Origin: Selaginella moellendorffii
Taxonomy: Eukaryota > Plantae > Lycopodiophyta
Reading direction: 5' to 3'
Length of the DNA stretch: 64,000 nucleotides
Assembly: GCF_000143415.4 (NCBI RefSeq)
Contig: NW_003314334.1
Span: 261,816-325,815 of the forward strand
Shown here in pieces: positions 46,621 through 58,938 of the stretch. The notes beneath the pieces were generated by a model. It was not told where the DNA came from. It did not search any database and was given only the letters and a program-made list of their open reading frames with translations. Position numbers and translations under genes: made by a program. Position 1 is the stretch's first letter; each line of letters begins with the position of its first letter.

Positions 46621-47164
46621 TTGAGTATCCTCTGAAATTTAATTCTTATAATTTCTATTATTTTATTTTAATAAGATAGCTTGGTGTTTTGGCTGATCGA
46701 GAGAGAATGCAGTTTCATCGAAAGTGGTAGGAATCCAGCAATGCGACATTGGCCGATGCGCCTTGGCTTAGAACCGATATGAGCAAGAAATATGGCTGTG
46801 CATTGTTGTGAGGTTAAGCATCGATCGGTCTTTAACCGGTTTAGCGTGATACGTCTGGAAAAGAGCCCCTTGCGTCATGTTCAACAAAGAAGAGATGGTT
46901 AACGAACAAAGGCTAAACTCTTTTTTTTAATCTTCCCTTTGCTTAATAAGAATACGTATTTTTATACTGTCATTTTAAACATCGTATGTACATAATCATA
47001 AGGCGGCGGCGGCGGTGGTGGTGGTGGTGGTGCCTCCGGGTAATCCAGTAGCTTCTCCAGCCGTAGCACTACGTCGCAGTGGTAAGGCAGCACTGGATGC
47101 CAGTGGAGATACATGGGACTGATGGTCAGCCACGAGAGGCCATAAAACTCCGCTCCAAGTTGCT

Positions 47165-47830
47165 CTAGAACGTAGCGGATTTGCAGCTTGATGCCGCTGC
47201 TGCTCCCTGGCTTCCCTGTGCCCACACTGCTGCTGCTAGTGTTGCTGCTACTACCGGCGTTGTCACACAAGCCATTCCCACCCAGACGCATCCCTTGCAT
47301 CTCCTGTCTCGAGCCTTGGAGGAGCCGAAGTGTGCTACGAGACCGTTCTGGAGCGTCCTCGGCCATTCCTCCTCCATGGAAACATGAACAACCTCGGCTC
47401 GTAGAGCTGTGGTCGGGCCGGAGATGACGTAGCCGGATGCAACGGGAGAGATGGAGCCTCTGCTCTGTATCCACTGTCCAAATGCCGTGGCGTTGGCTAC
47501 GGACCATGTCGAAGCCGCTGGAATAAAGTATCAGTCAGCGAATACTTAAATACGAAAAAAACTTCTAGCTTACCAGTTGATTCGGTCAGGCTCAGCCCCT
47601 GCAATAACTCGTCACCAGACACCGTCGCCAAGGTTACACCGGCCAGCTTCCCAGCATGAAAGTTGATCTCCGGCTTTGGGAGTAAACCACGCAAAACAAA
47701 AGAGGACGAGGAACGAATCACCATGGGCCATGCTCTGAATTCGTCCAGCCAGTGAGGTTGTGTCTTGCTGGGAACTTGTAAAACTCGCGACGATCTGGAG
47801 AGAGGGCTTTGGATTCACCGTCAGAGGCGA
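47165..47830 (-). pseudogene. Unknown two-exon gene, X4 (diverged, indels)
   Basis: Paralogue of 8478-9130 with indels near 47700 and 47235. Confidence 0.4.
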
Positions 47831-48049
47831 TGTAACGTTCCAAACACTAAACGTTTGCAAACATTTAAAAAGCTCGTTCTCTCGTGGCTGGCAGGACATA
47901 TTTCAGATCACATGTACAGGCCAAAGCAATGCCAACGACAATTGCTATTTTGTTGTAGCCATGGTTTATGGACAGTGCCAAGTACGACATTGGTCCCATT
48001 ACAGCTACTGTGTTTGGAGGAAATGGCTCACTGTGTTGACATTTTCAGT

Positions 48050-48560
48050 GAAGGTGCATATGGATTTGGATTTGATAGATATTCACAAACCAACTATTCC
48101 AGCTTGCAGGGATTAGGAACTCTCTAACTGCTTCCAGCTTGTTCAGCTCTCCTGAGATTCGGCAGATATTAGTCACCTACAAGGCAGCATTCCTCAGCTT
48201 TCCGAGCATACTTCTGTTAAACTCCAACAGACTGGGAGGCCATCTTCTCGGGTGAGCCTTCCAAAAAATTTCAGCTCCAATGCGACCAACAACAGGTTTG
48301 AAGGCAGTGTTTCATCAAGGAACTTTAGCAGCAACCAGACAAGTTGTCTGGGAAGCTACCAACTCAATGTGAACCACTGTACCAACACCAATAAGAGAAT
48401 TGAAGAAACTCTTTGCGTCGAATCCTTGTTATTGATCATGATTGGGTTCAATGGTTGACTCTTCCCGGGCATATATCACCTCCATGGCCTGGTTCAATTA
48501 AAGTTTGCATTGTTAGTGCAAAATGGTCCCGGGATCCAAACTTTCAGCCAGCTGGAGGGA
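48050..48560 (+). pseudogene. LRR relic (X4)
   Basis: SLPKNFSSNATNNRFEGSV; paralogue of the X1-X3 relic. Confidence 0.45.
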
Positions 48561-48943
48561 TGGATGCTGCCATTTACTCTATTTTATGAGCTCTCAACAC
48601 AGGAGTGATCCAGCTTTCCCTTTACCTAAGAGCAAAAAATCGATCGGGGTAGCACACCTGGTACAAGGGTTGCAAGTGGCATATATGTTTTCAATACAGA
48701 CAATATATGTGACACAGAAAATGAATAAAAAATCAAAATGGTCGAGACGAGCATTTTTCCAAAATAAATTTATGCAACTTGTTACCCTGCACCCTTGCAA
48801 CCGTGCCTTATCGTTTTTTAGGCCTAGGCTCTCCAGCTTCGGTCCGCTCATTCTATCAAGGGCTGCAGTCTCTACGTTTGCAACACTGGAGCTGATATTT
48901 GTTTTTGTGCTGAGACTGGGCATTGTTCCCGCATTTTACCGGT

Positions 48944-49020
48944 GAATCTTCGCAAAGCAAGCCACTATCTAATGCCAAAGGACATTCAGCTCGCCCGTCG
49001 CATCCGTGGTGAGAGGGCTT
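48944..49020 (+). pseudogene. Histone H3 C-terminal fragment
   Basis: atgccaaaggacattcagctcgcccgtcgcatccgtggtgagagggct encodes MPKDIQLARRIRGERA, the exact H3 C-terminus. It is preceded by degenerate AKQATI (H3: AKRVTI). Confidence 0.85.
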
Positions 49021-49142
49021 ATCTTATCGCATTGAGATATCCATTGTGTGGTGGCGAACTGCTAACAAGTACACACGTTTTGAACATTTCTAAAGCACCA
49101 ATGCTGGACTTCGAAAGCCCATCAGATCTGCAATAGAGAAGT

Positions 49143-49986
49143 ATGGCTGGAAGCGGCAATCTCCCCGTGCTCGTTCTTCTTCTGTTGGCCTCGTTATCCT
49201 GTGAGAGAGATCTCCACTTATATGTTACAGTCGATTCTAACTCGGACTCCTGTTCTTGCAGCTGCTCAAGGTGGCGTCGTCGAGGTTTGCTATGGTGACC
49301 TCACCTATACCGATTGCAGCAACTGCTGTAGTCTGAAGAAAGGTTGTGTCTACCTGCAACCTGGTTCAGGACAAGTCACTTGCATTGGCGGTGATTCAAG
49401 GGCTTGTACCCTGGAGTGCCAAGGTCCGAAGTTGGCCGTATGCCCATTGCCTTCATCAGGATTCCCAACATCAGGCATCAAGGTGCTCAAGGGAAAACTC
49501 CCACCCCGACAACCTGGATGCAGTTACTACAACATCGTTAACGGTGACCCCATCCCGCGGCTGGAGCAGCAGGGCACAGATCAAGGTAACCGCCTTGTTC
49601 ATTATGTTCAGGAAGCTCAGGCCTCTCCGATAGAACTCATGGCAGGAAGGAAGTGTAAGCTTGATTCGATTGTGGAGGTCTGCAATGCCGAGGTCTCCAA
49701 AGATAATTGTGGTTGCTGCTTCGGGAAATCCGGTTGCATCTACTTGGAGAATCCATCCGCAAACAGCACCTGCCTGCCTACTGAAGACCCCATGGGGGTT
49801 TGCCCCCTCGTTTGCGTGCCCACAGTGTCCATTTGTACCAAGTCTGTAACTTTTCAGGGCACCACCCTGCAGTCTTGCAGGAATGCACGCCGCAGCTGCG
49901 AGGACATGAAAGAGGGCTGCAGTCTCTACGATCGCAACACTGGAGCTGATCTCTGCGCTGCAGGGGGTATCGCACTGCCTGTCTAG
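49143..49986 (+). CDS. Pin-II-like protease inhibitor, copy 5, diverged (260 aa; intron 49201-49261)
   Basis: Loops CTLEC (CTG at 49411-49413) and CPLVC; reading frame intact. Confidence 0.78.
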
Positions 49987-51172
49987 TCTAGTTGCTGAAA
50001 CTAGTTATGGGCATTACTATTATGAATGAATAAGAAATGTCCCTCCTTGGAGGGGCCGGTGCCAATGTCCGAAGTTACTCGCCATGCAATTTGTGATGGA
50101 GTGTAGGAGAAATATTGTATCTTCCTCTGGATCGATAGGAAAGTAGAGCAGGTCCTTGAAGAAGCCGATTCCTTGAGGCTTGGGCTGGAAAAGTATCTTG
50201 GTCGCCAGCATCGACGTCAAATAGAGGCGCAAGAACGAGCAGATCTTTTGTGAATTTAGAAGTACAATGGGAACACAACATGAATCAGAATAAAGTAAGA
50301 AAGCAAGAAAGAAATTCTGGCTTAGACTCCAGTTATAATTTAACAAAGATTAAGCAAAGAGAAGGCTGCGCTATGTCTGACACTGGCTGTGGACAATACA
50401 AGGAGATTGAAGCGATTGGATTCTGAAATTGTCCCCCGTGTCAATGTTAAGTTAACAGTGGTACTATGGAGGAGAAATGTTGAAGAGGTGTGGCAAGAAA
50501 CCATGCGGACAGTAATATTCAGGAGTCTGCTTGCTAGTGATTTTTGCCGGGTTTGTGGACGATTTCGAAGTTGTATTCTTGTAGTAAAAGGAACTATCTT
50601 GATATTTGACTAGATAATCGGCTTGTTGATGGCTGGAGCTTGAATCCATTGTCCTTGAGCCAGGTGGTTGTGTCATTGCTGGGAAGCCTAGGAATATGGT
50701 GTATGACGTATCTGAGGTGCCGGGGTGGATGAGCTGGCATCTTTCTCTTCATTTTCTGTGATCGAAGTGCTCACCCCAGTCTTGAGACCCATAACTGTTG
50801 GTTGGCTGATCGTGTGGCGCTTGATTGCTGGTGATGAACAGTAGAGATTTGTTAACCGAATTGATCTCGTTTGACTTGGCTTGATTGAAGATCAATGGTG
50901 GAAAGTTAACTCAAGTTCAACTGTTGATATCTGCTGAGGTGGCATTGATCCAACGGTAGTTTGACTCTTACAGATTTTTGCTGGAAGTTGGTGGATGAGT
51001 TCGTGTTGAATCAAGTTGAGTTGTGTCTAACTGAGTTGAGTTAAAGTTTGTCTGCTGGTGATTGTCAATTGTTGGTTTCGGGGTGTTTGTTGGTTCTGGT
51101 CAGAAATTTGCTGAGGTGCTGATGCTGAACGTGTCGATGTGATATGGTCAAAGCTTGTTGAGGTTGACGATC

Positions 51173-51880
51173 TCAGTGAAGTCTTCGGCAAGCTGACTTT
51201 GGCAGTGCCGTTGGGGTAGAGTGCAATGATTTTGAAAGGTCCTTGCCAGTTGGTGTGGAGTTTTTGGCCGAGTTTGCCGATGGGTCCCTGGTACCAGAGA
51301 ACATGATTGTTGACGCTGTATTTCGGAATGTTGTGCCGGGATGCTTGTTGATCGTGCTGAGCTTTTTGCTGTTTTTGGATGGTGTGAAGTGTCCAGAGGG
51401 TGTTGAGTCGAAGCTCGTCAAGATGTTCAAGTTGCTGAAGCCTTTCTTGAATTGTGTGTTGAGATTATATTTGACGGTGACTCGCATGCTCGGGATGATG
51501 AATTCAATTGCAGTGATGGCTTCTGTTCCAAAGGCAAGTTTGAATGGCATCATGTTGGTGGTGACTTTATATGCAATTCAATAGGCCCAAAGTACGTCAA
51601 GAAGTTTTTTGTCCTAGTCTTTGCCAGAATCATTGATGACTTTTTTGAGGATGGTCTTCAATGTTTTGTTTGTTGCTTCTACTTGACTGTTTCCTTGAGG
51701 ATAGTATGGTGTTGACATTTTGTGTCAGATTTTGGCGAGATGTTCGATCGTTTCATTAATGAAGTGGGTGCCTCTATTGATGATGAGTTCAAGTGGTGTT
51801 CTAAAACAAGTGATGATATTTTTGTAGATGAAGGTTGGAATCTATGGCTCCGATGCAGCCTTGGGTTCAAGGTCAAAGTC
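51173..51880 (-). mobile_element. Degenerate Ty3/Gypsy integrase fragment (non-chromovirus type)
   Basis: AYKVTTNMMPFKLAFGTEA resembles the WAYRTAYK..TPF.L.YG.EA motif; RGTHFINE is also present. Confidence 0.7.
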
Positions 51881-52114
51881 CCATGAGCCTGAGTTTTTGG
51901 TTGATACAAATGTATACATTAATTTGGGCATATGCTGTAAAGAGGATTGTTCTTGATATTAGATCTGGAAAGGGCATCACATAGAACAATCCTTCCACCT
52001 CATCAATATGACCATGCCTTAAGAATGGTTATTGAGCTAAAAAGATGAAAAAGAAAAGAAAAGTGAGTTACCTCTTGAGCAGCTTCCATACTTAATTGAT
52101 GCAAATCTGCATCA

Positions 52115-52177
52115 GTTCCAAGGGGAGTATAGTCACAAGGCTGAAACTTAAAGGAATTGACGAAAGGGCACCACCAA

Positions 52178-52209
<32 letters not shown>

Positions 52210-52250
52210 TGGGAAAACTTACCAAGTCTAGACATAGTAAAGCTGACTGA
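52115..52250 (+). pseudogene. 18S rRNA gene fragment
   Basis: aaggctgaaacttaaaggaattgacg..gggcaccacca.gagtggagcct.cggcttaatttgactcaaca matches the conserved eukaryotic SSU rRNA core, with transitions. Confidence 0.92.
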
Positions 52251-52268
52251 AATGTGGTTTTTTTCAGG

Positions 52269-52620
52269 TGTATGATGCCAAGAGCCAAATCATTCGAGCT
52301 ACTGGTGAGGATCACAAGAAAGCCGGTGAGGACTTCAAGTGGGCTCTCATGAAGTTGATGAAGAGCTCGACACCATCACTCCAGGCAAGTCTTCAGTGGT
52401 GATGCTATGAACTTTGTGGATGTTGCACTGGCTCTGTTCATCTGCTGGTTCAAAGGGTACCAGAAGGTGGGAGGATTTGAGCTTCCAGGCCAGGAAGAGT
52501 GGCCTAATCTCTACAAGTGGATTGATGCTGTGAATTCCATGGATATGATCAAGAAATCCACTCCAAGCGCAGACAAGGTTTGTGAATTTGTCAAGTACTA
52601 CAGTTTGAGAACTACCAGAA
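52269..52620 (+). pseudogene. Glutathione S-transferase (tau-like) exon 2 remnant
   Basis: Acceptor ttttcag, then VYDAKSQIIRATGEDHKKA... and, after a frameshift, NFVDVAL..FICWF..EWPNLYKW..IKKSTPSADKVCEFVK. Exon 1 not seen. Confidence 0.75.
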
Positions 52621-53570
52621 GGACACTCCAATCCTCACAAGTCTCCATATCCAGACCATTATACCACTGCAAAGCTGTCCCCTGCAGATCTTGCTTGTAT
52701 TCCTCCAACTCCTTCTCCTACAGTTATTGCTGGTGAATCAGAGTTTGAGGTTGCTGCTATACTTGATTCATATCTTATTTTCTATATTATATTTTGATTA
52801 ACCTTGAGAGACGCATTTGCAAGCAAGTCAGCAGTGAGCCTCATCTTCATACCTCAAATAAACTTATAAGCACTAAAAGTGTAGAGTAGAGTGCTATATG
52901 GATAACATAATCATAAGAAAATTAATTAAGAAACCAAATCAAAGAATTGTCTTATAAATTTCATGAAGCTCATCAATGGACGCTTCCAGGACTTCATAGG
53001 GCAGCCAAATGCAAAGAATGGGACCTGAGAAGAGCTAAGTAAACATCCTTCTTTAGCTGTTAAGATTTTGTGGGCCAGCTCTAGCAGACCGTCATAGCTC
53101 TCTTCTCTTATGAAGATGTCAGCGTGCAGTCCACCAGAGCGGCCCTATTTTGATTACAAGGGGATCCATACGGCTAAGAGAGCAGTCGCCCCTCAAGCAA
53201 AGCCTCCTCTTTAGCAAATCCCCTGGTCCCCTAAGTTAATCCTACAGTTAATACCGATTATATACAAAATCATGGCCTAATCATGAGATGCCCAAGAACT
53301 TGGCTGCGGTGGCAGCACGAGACCTCCTTCCTTTGCTGGCTAGTAAAGGTGTAGAGATCCAAGATTCATGTGGAGTTCCTTGATGTCAGCAGCTGGCCGC
53401 TGGCAATTCTGTAAGTTGGAATAAAGAGGAGGATGCATAGTTTCACAATAACCGAGAGCCTGGCCATTGCATTGCTCAAGCAACGTTGTCTTCTAACCAC
53501 ATTTTTAACCTCTAGATGCCCACACTTGGTACTTGTGTTGAGCATGGCAGTGAAGGTCACAACAACATCA

Positions 53571-54031
53571 TCGAGTAGCTGGTATTTCCATTTCCCCATC
53601 GTCCCCTTGGGACCACCACGTGAAGCAAAAGTACAAGATAGACCCCTCACATAACCCAAACGGTGTCGGTGAGGGGCAGTCGAGAGTGCACTCTCTAGGA
53701 ACTCTAGCAAAACTCACATGTGAAACTCACTCGAGCACGATAATCCGGTGCTGCTTGTGGACCACTCGCCTCGCCTCTTGGGTGACTCCACTGTGAAACT
53801 AAACCCACCCACTATAGGAGTCACCTAGGAGGTGAGTGATCCATGAGTGGCACCAGATCCTTGTGCTTGAGTGAGTTTCGCGTGAGAGTTTCGCTAGAGT
53901 TTCACTAGAGAGTGCGCTCTCGACTTCCCCTCACCGACACCGTTTGGGTTAAGTGCGGGGTCTATGATGTACTTTGCTTCAAAAGGTGGTCCCTATGGGA
54001 CGATGGGGAATAAAATATCCAAGTTACTCGA
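53571..54031 (+). ncRNA. ~460-nt imperfect foldback; candidate MIRNA/hairpin-RNA precursor
   Basis: The arms pair almost end to end (e.g. aacccaaacggtgtcggtgagggg / cccctcaccgacaccgtttgggtt) around a ~25-nt loop, with many G:U pairs on the + strand. Confidence 0.55.
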
Positions 54032-54353
54032 CCTGGGGACCTCTGTGGCAGCACATCCCTGCCACTAGTTCCAAAAATGCACCTGTCATCCCTTCCATGT
54101 CCATCCACTGTGGAAACTTCGCTGTGCCGAGACATCGTCCCGGGCTGTGATGGATGGATGAGTTGGTTCGCTCGCGGAGGGGATCCCACATGGTTCTCGC
54201 TCCATGGCTAGTTCTTGAGGAGGTTCGCAGAGGGTCACTAGTCTTGTGTTGTCACTATGGCAACCCAGTGGCTAGTATATCATTGAAGGGGGCCAGTGCA
54301 CTTGTCTTAAAATCTTCACTAGTGCACTGCCAAGTGCTTTGATTTACACTGGT

Positions 54354-54494
54354 TAGAAAAGCAGTTTTCACATCAAGTTGATGGAGCTCCAGGTTGAGCT
54401 CAGCTACAAGGCTCATCAAAACACAAATTATTGTCAGCTTTACAATAGGGCTATAAGTTTCAGAGTAATCAACTCTTGGGATCTGAGAGAAACC
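54354..54494 (-). mobile_element. Ty1/Copia reverse transcriptase fragment
   Basis: GFSQIPRVDYSETYSPIVKL..LNLELHQLDVKTAFL. Confidence 0.85.
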
Positions 54495-55814
54495 ACGTTT
54501 TTTTTTTCTTTTCTCTTTGCCTTTTTTCTCTTTGAAGGACTAATAAAGATGGATCCCTACCCAGCCCAGTACCACCTCATCACTCTCCTCCCAATTCCCT
54601 CACTCTGCCACATTCTCTCCCTCTCAAAGGATTGGCACACACTAATCCTCCAGCATCTGCCACTGGGGCAGCAGTGGTACATGGTATGTTAGAGGCATTA
54701 CTTGAATACACAATGATTTGAAGAGAAGATCACAGAAAACAAAAAAATAAATCTGAAGAAAAGATCACAGAAAACAAAAAAATAATTGACGCAATAATAC
54801 AATTAATATCTGAATTCCTTTAAACATTCTCTTACCTGCATTTTCTGTTTTAACTCATATATTCGTTTTTCTTTTTCACCAATAGTTTCATCTCTCTCAA
54901 TAATATCTTTTTTTAACCCACTGTAAAAGGGCATGAGCCAGACTGCTGTCCCACTGTGGCTGCTGGTCTTGACCTAAAGATCCTACCATGGCTAACAGTT
55001 TTTTCAGCAGAATGATACTTTAGCATGACTAAACACTTACTTTCCCAGTCAAGAAATATACAGGAATCATCTATTACCAAGAAGCTCAAATTCTCAAGGC
55101 ATACCTTGAATTCAAAACACTAATCGAAGTTGATCTCAACCAAATCATCTTGAAGAACACATAGTCCAATGAATGGGTCTATTCCAAATATGTACCCACT
55201 TCCTCACACTTCACATGAAGCTAGCAATGAGAATGGCTATTTGACTTGTATAAAGATTGGTGAGTACTACAATCGATTAGAGCTGATGGCAGCCAAGGTG
55301 GAGGAAGGAGGAAGGTGGCAGCAACACTGACCTTACTTCCAACAGGTCTACCAGGACTGATCTAATCCACCAAGGCAGATTAGATGTGGATGTCATGGTA
55401 TTGACAAGCCACTAAAGTTCATGCTGGAGAGCTTCTTGGGAAAGTCCTTGGATGGGACTATGCATTTGGGTGCTGTCTGGGACTCCAGACGGTGCAGTTC
55501 CTCACGTCTAGCTTGATTCACTGGAGAGGTGTTTCCTGTGAAAGAGCATGATAGTGCTAGGATTGTTATCTGGTCCGGTTTAGCGTTAAAGTTTTAACAT
55601 TCTTTTGATACAAGGTGAGAAGTCTTCTCCTTTTTTTTTTTTCCACTTGATCAAACATTGACTTTCTCTTTTGTTCTAATATAACATTATCATGTGACGA
55701 TATCACACTTTGGCAAGGTGCCAAATTGCTCTTCAAATCATCGGATTCGTTCTGTAACTAGATCAATTAAGTGGGCTAGGTATAATAACTTCATGGCTAT
55801 AGGTTTGCAATAGT

Positions 55815-55990
55815 GTGTATTGGCCATAGTTCTGGCCACAGCCCTAGCTATGGCACTATGGCCTTGGCCATAGCACCACTAGCCCCTAGATGGCATTGGT
55901 CATAGCCGTTGGCCACTAGATGGCATTGGTCATGGCTGCTGGCTGTTGGATGGCACTGGCTATGGCTATTGACCACTAGATGACGCTGTG
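55815..55990. repeat. Degenerate ~30-bp tandem repeat
   Basis: ccactagatggcattggtcat and variants, repeated several times. Confidence 0.6.
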
Positions 55991-56196
55991 AGATTCACTG
56001 TGGCTGTTTGACTGTGGCTGCTTAGTCATAGCTTGCCATTTTTCTTAGACATAATTATAAGTGATGAAAGCTATTCTGCATTCTGGATTGGATAGAATAT
56101 TGGCAACAGTCCTTGAGTTAGTTTGAGCTTTTGCCAATGTTAGGTTGAATGGTTTGTGCATTATTAAATTAAATAATAAGTTGTAATTATTTCCAG

Positions 56197-56420
56197 GGCT
56201 CGGCTTGACTGGAACAAAATTGGGATGTGGAGGAGGGTGTGGAGCGTGCATAGTGATGATTTCTTCATCACAATTGGAGAAGATAAAATCAAGTAAGCTT
56301 GTCTCTGTAGAGATGAGAAAGCTAGAAGTAAACTATTTTTTCTCTTATGTTCTTCCTTGTAGCCATCATGCGATTAACACTTGCTTCCATTCATTCTTGG
56401 GATGATGCATGTTGTTTGCG
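56197..56420 (+). pseudogene. Xanthine dehydrogenase/aldehyde oxidase N-terminal 2Fe-2S fragment (2 exons, intron retained)
   Basis: GLTGTKLGCGGGCGACIVMISS, a gtaagc...tgtag intron, then HHAINTC. Confidence 0.8.
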
Positions 56421-56624
56421 GGAGTTTCCTACATATTTGTAGGGCACAGCTTTGCAATGGTACAATGGTCTGGACATGAAGACTCATGAGGATTGGAGCA
56501 ATTCTTCTGGGAAACAAGGAATCATAGGAGTAGAGGAGGGCCCTCTAGTGACTAACATACCATCACCCAACACAGGCAAATCTCCTACCACCCCTTACAG
56601 CAGTCTCAAGGCATAAAAGATCAA

Positions 56625-56730
56625 ACCTGCATAGCTGTCACCAGTGATGTAGAGGTTGGAACTTTTAAACTCTGGAAACTTTTTGAACCACCCCAGCAAG
56701 AATAGGAGCATATCTTGAGCTGTAAAGCCA
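56625..56730 (-). pseudogene. Serine carboxypeptidase-like (S10) exon fragment
   Basis: [33 protein letters not shown] (catalytic Ser motif). Confidence 0.8.
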
Positions 56731-57149
56731 CAAATTCCCAGAGAGAAAAAAAAAAGGATTAGTGACACTCTAAACAATAAAAAGACTACATGCTCTTGTC
56801 GTTCCGACCAAAACAAGAGCCAATAGAGATGAAGATTAGGGCTCACTGAGGTAGTTCACTTGTGCTTCTTGTTTACTTAACCAGCCAGCCTTTGATCTTG
56901 GAGCTTGGCAAGATAGAATTTGATTCCCATTTCTTGGTTGGGGTCAAAAAATAATCAATTGGCATCTTTATTCCCGCTAAGTAGTTTCTTCACTTTTACA
57001 GTTTGCATTGTATTCAAGATTTCCTCATAAGGAGATGGAAACATTCCACTTTGACAGGCTTTATAGCTTTAGTGAGCTTGCGACTTGGATCACTTAGTCA
57101 AGCCTCAGCTCCTCGCAGCTCCACAATCTAGAGCACTTGACAGATGATT

Positions 57150-58229
57150 TACCATAGAATAACTATGAAGCGGAACCTAAACCCTCCATGTGCCATGTGT
57201 CACATGCCATGTGCCACATGCCATGTGTCCAAAGGACAGTAGTGTGAAACCCGAGTTTCAAGGCTTTGAGCCACTAAATAAAGGAACGGTGCCAAACTCT
57301 TAAGCATGGAACCAAAGAGTGATGGAACCAGACTATGGAGCAACTCTTGAGCATATAGCCCATGACTTAGAACAATTTTAGAGCAACTAACATCCCAATG
57401 CTAGGACCAGCATACAAAATGGAGCCAAATAGAGTTTAGTGTTATTTCAGCATACCAGTAGCCTAACGTGAGGATATGGGTATTCCACCAGCTAACATAG
57501 TATAGAATTTGGGCTTAGACCCAAATCAGATGCAAAATATGATAGACATGCAAGTGGGAGTTAGACTATACCTCAGGTTGGTCAGTCATGCCCAACCTAC
57601 CCACTATCCCTATTATACATTTGGAACCCCCTATAACCCCCGCCCCCCCTTTGAGGAACACATGCTTTGGGATTTCACCCTAAGCCTCCTTTAGTATCAG
57701 GAGTTAGTCTCTAGGACAAGTTCGAAACTTACTAAATATGGAATGTCCCTATATTGTGAATTTGGACACGGGACAAACACCATTGTGTTTAGAACAATTT
57801 TTACATTCCATAGATATGCCAAATGAGCAAATCTAGACACTTTTCATAAATAGTATTTAGAACTGAAATGAGACTAATACAAAAGGCATGATAGCAAGGG
57901 TGTTTAGTGGACATGGTAAGCTATCATCTAGCGAATATTGAGGGACCAATCTCAATATTGCAGGGGTTTTTGATACTAGCAAGTGCAAGTCAATGACACA
58001 AGTTTCTTAAACCAGGTTGAGTATGCTCAATAAGAAACACATAGGGTTCCTACCTTATGTTTATCCAATTTAAGTGCATGGTCATTGATCAATTTCTCAA
58101 TTAGCTCAAGTGAGAAACTGATAACGAGTTCAGCAATACCGACCTTCTACCATTGTGGCAGTAAAGAAAGAATATCTGAAAGGACTAACCGACAAGTAAC
58201 TTTTAATACCCGAACTCACATTCACGACA
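57150..58229 (-). mobile_element. LTR copy (probably solo) of a further LTR family
   Basis: Homologous to 59715-60533 and 61375-61800, which abut PPTs; ends ...cacgaca. Confidence 0.7.
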
Positions 58230-58348
58230 ATCACAATTGCTACTGAGGTTTTACGAGGCCAATAGCAATGAAAAAGACTTTGTGGCAAGGATCGAGGAGG
58301 AGTACACACACAAGCTCATTGTGAATCTCATCACTCGGAGAGAGCTGC

Positions 58349-58542
58349 TGTAAACTCTTGAGTTTGGACTTCCCGGGAGATCACCCAGCCTAGTACTATT
58401 CAAACCTAAGGACGCTTAACCCCAATTATCCCAAGACCCTTAACCAGTTAGAAAAGGGGGTGCACTCTTATTCATGAGCCCTTTCCCTCTATATTTGAAC
58501 CCCATGGATCATTTCTCAAGTCATTCTCTTTAGCTGCTTATA
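58349..58542 (-). mobile_element. Solo LTR of a Cassandra-like TRIM (contains 5S-like sequence)
   Basis: Diverged reverse complement of 58939-59132 (194 bp); flanks gctgc/gttgc resemble a 5-bp TSD with one mismatch. Confidence 0.8.
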
Positions 58543-58938
58543 GTTGCCCACTGAAATAGTGCTAGTGGTTTCTGGAGAGCAAGGCCATGAACTCAATCTG
58601 ATGCATGAGGAATGGCTTAGAAATTCATGAAAAAAACACTTTCTTTTTCTTCCAAAACTTATTGTGAAGCTAAGACGAATGAGCTGGTAATATTGAGCTA
58701 TGATCTGACTAGCACCTATTGTAGTAAGAAAGAGAGATGAGAAGAACAAGAACCAAACTTTTAAGAATAACAAGGAAAGATAGCAAACCCTTGGAAAAAT
58801 TGAGAGTGAAAGTTGGCTGGTCAGCTCTACGATAATTGATGTGAAGACAAGCTCTTCCAGGAGATCTTCCTTGCCTCTCCAAATAACCCAGCTAATCCCT
58901 ATTCCCACTAGGGATGCTCATCCAATCAAGGTTCCTAT

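Noticed and set aside
48942-49136. Intact histone H3 gene
   Set aside because: Only the last ~20 codons are present.
49201-49261. ORF-track start of the 261-aa inhibitor ORF
   Set aside because: This is the intron read through from its GT donor; the real start is ATG 49143.
52930-53200. Minus-strand peptide DIFIREESYDGLLELAHKIL, possibly a gene fragment
   Set aside because: Too short to assign to a family.
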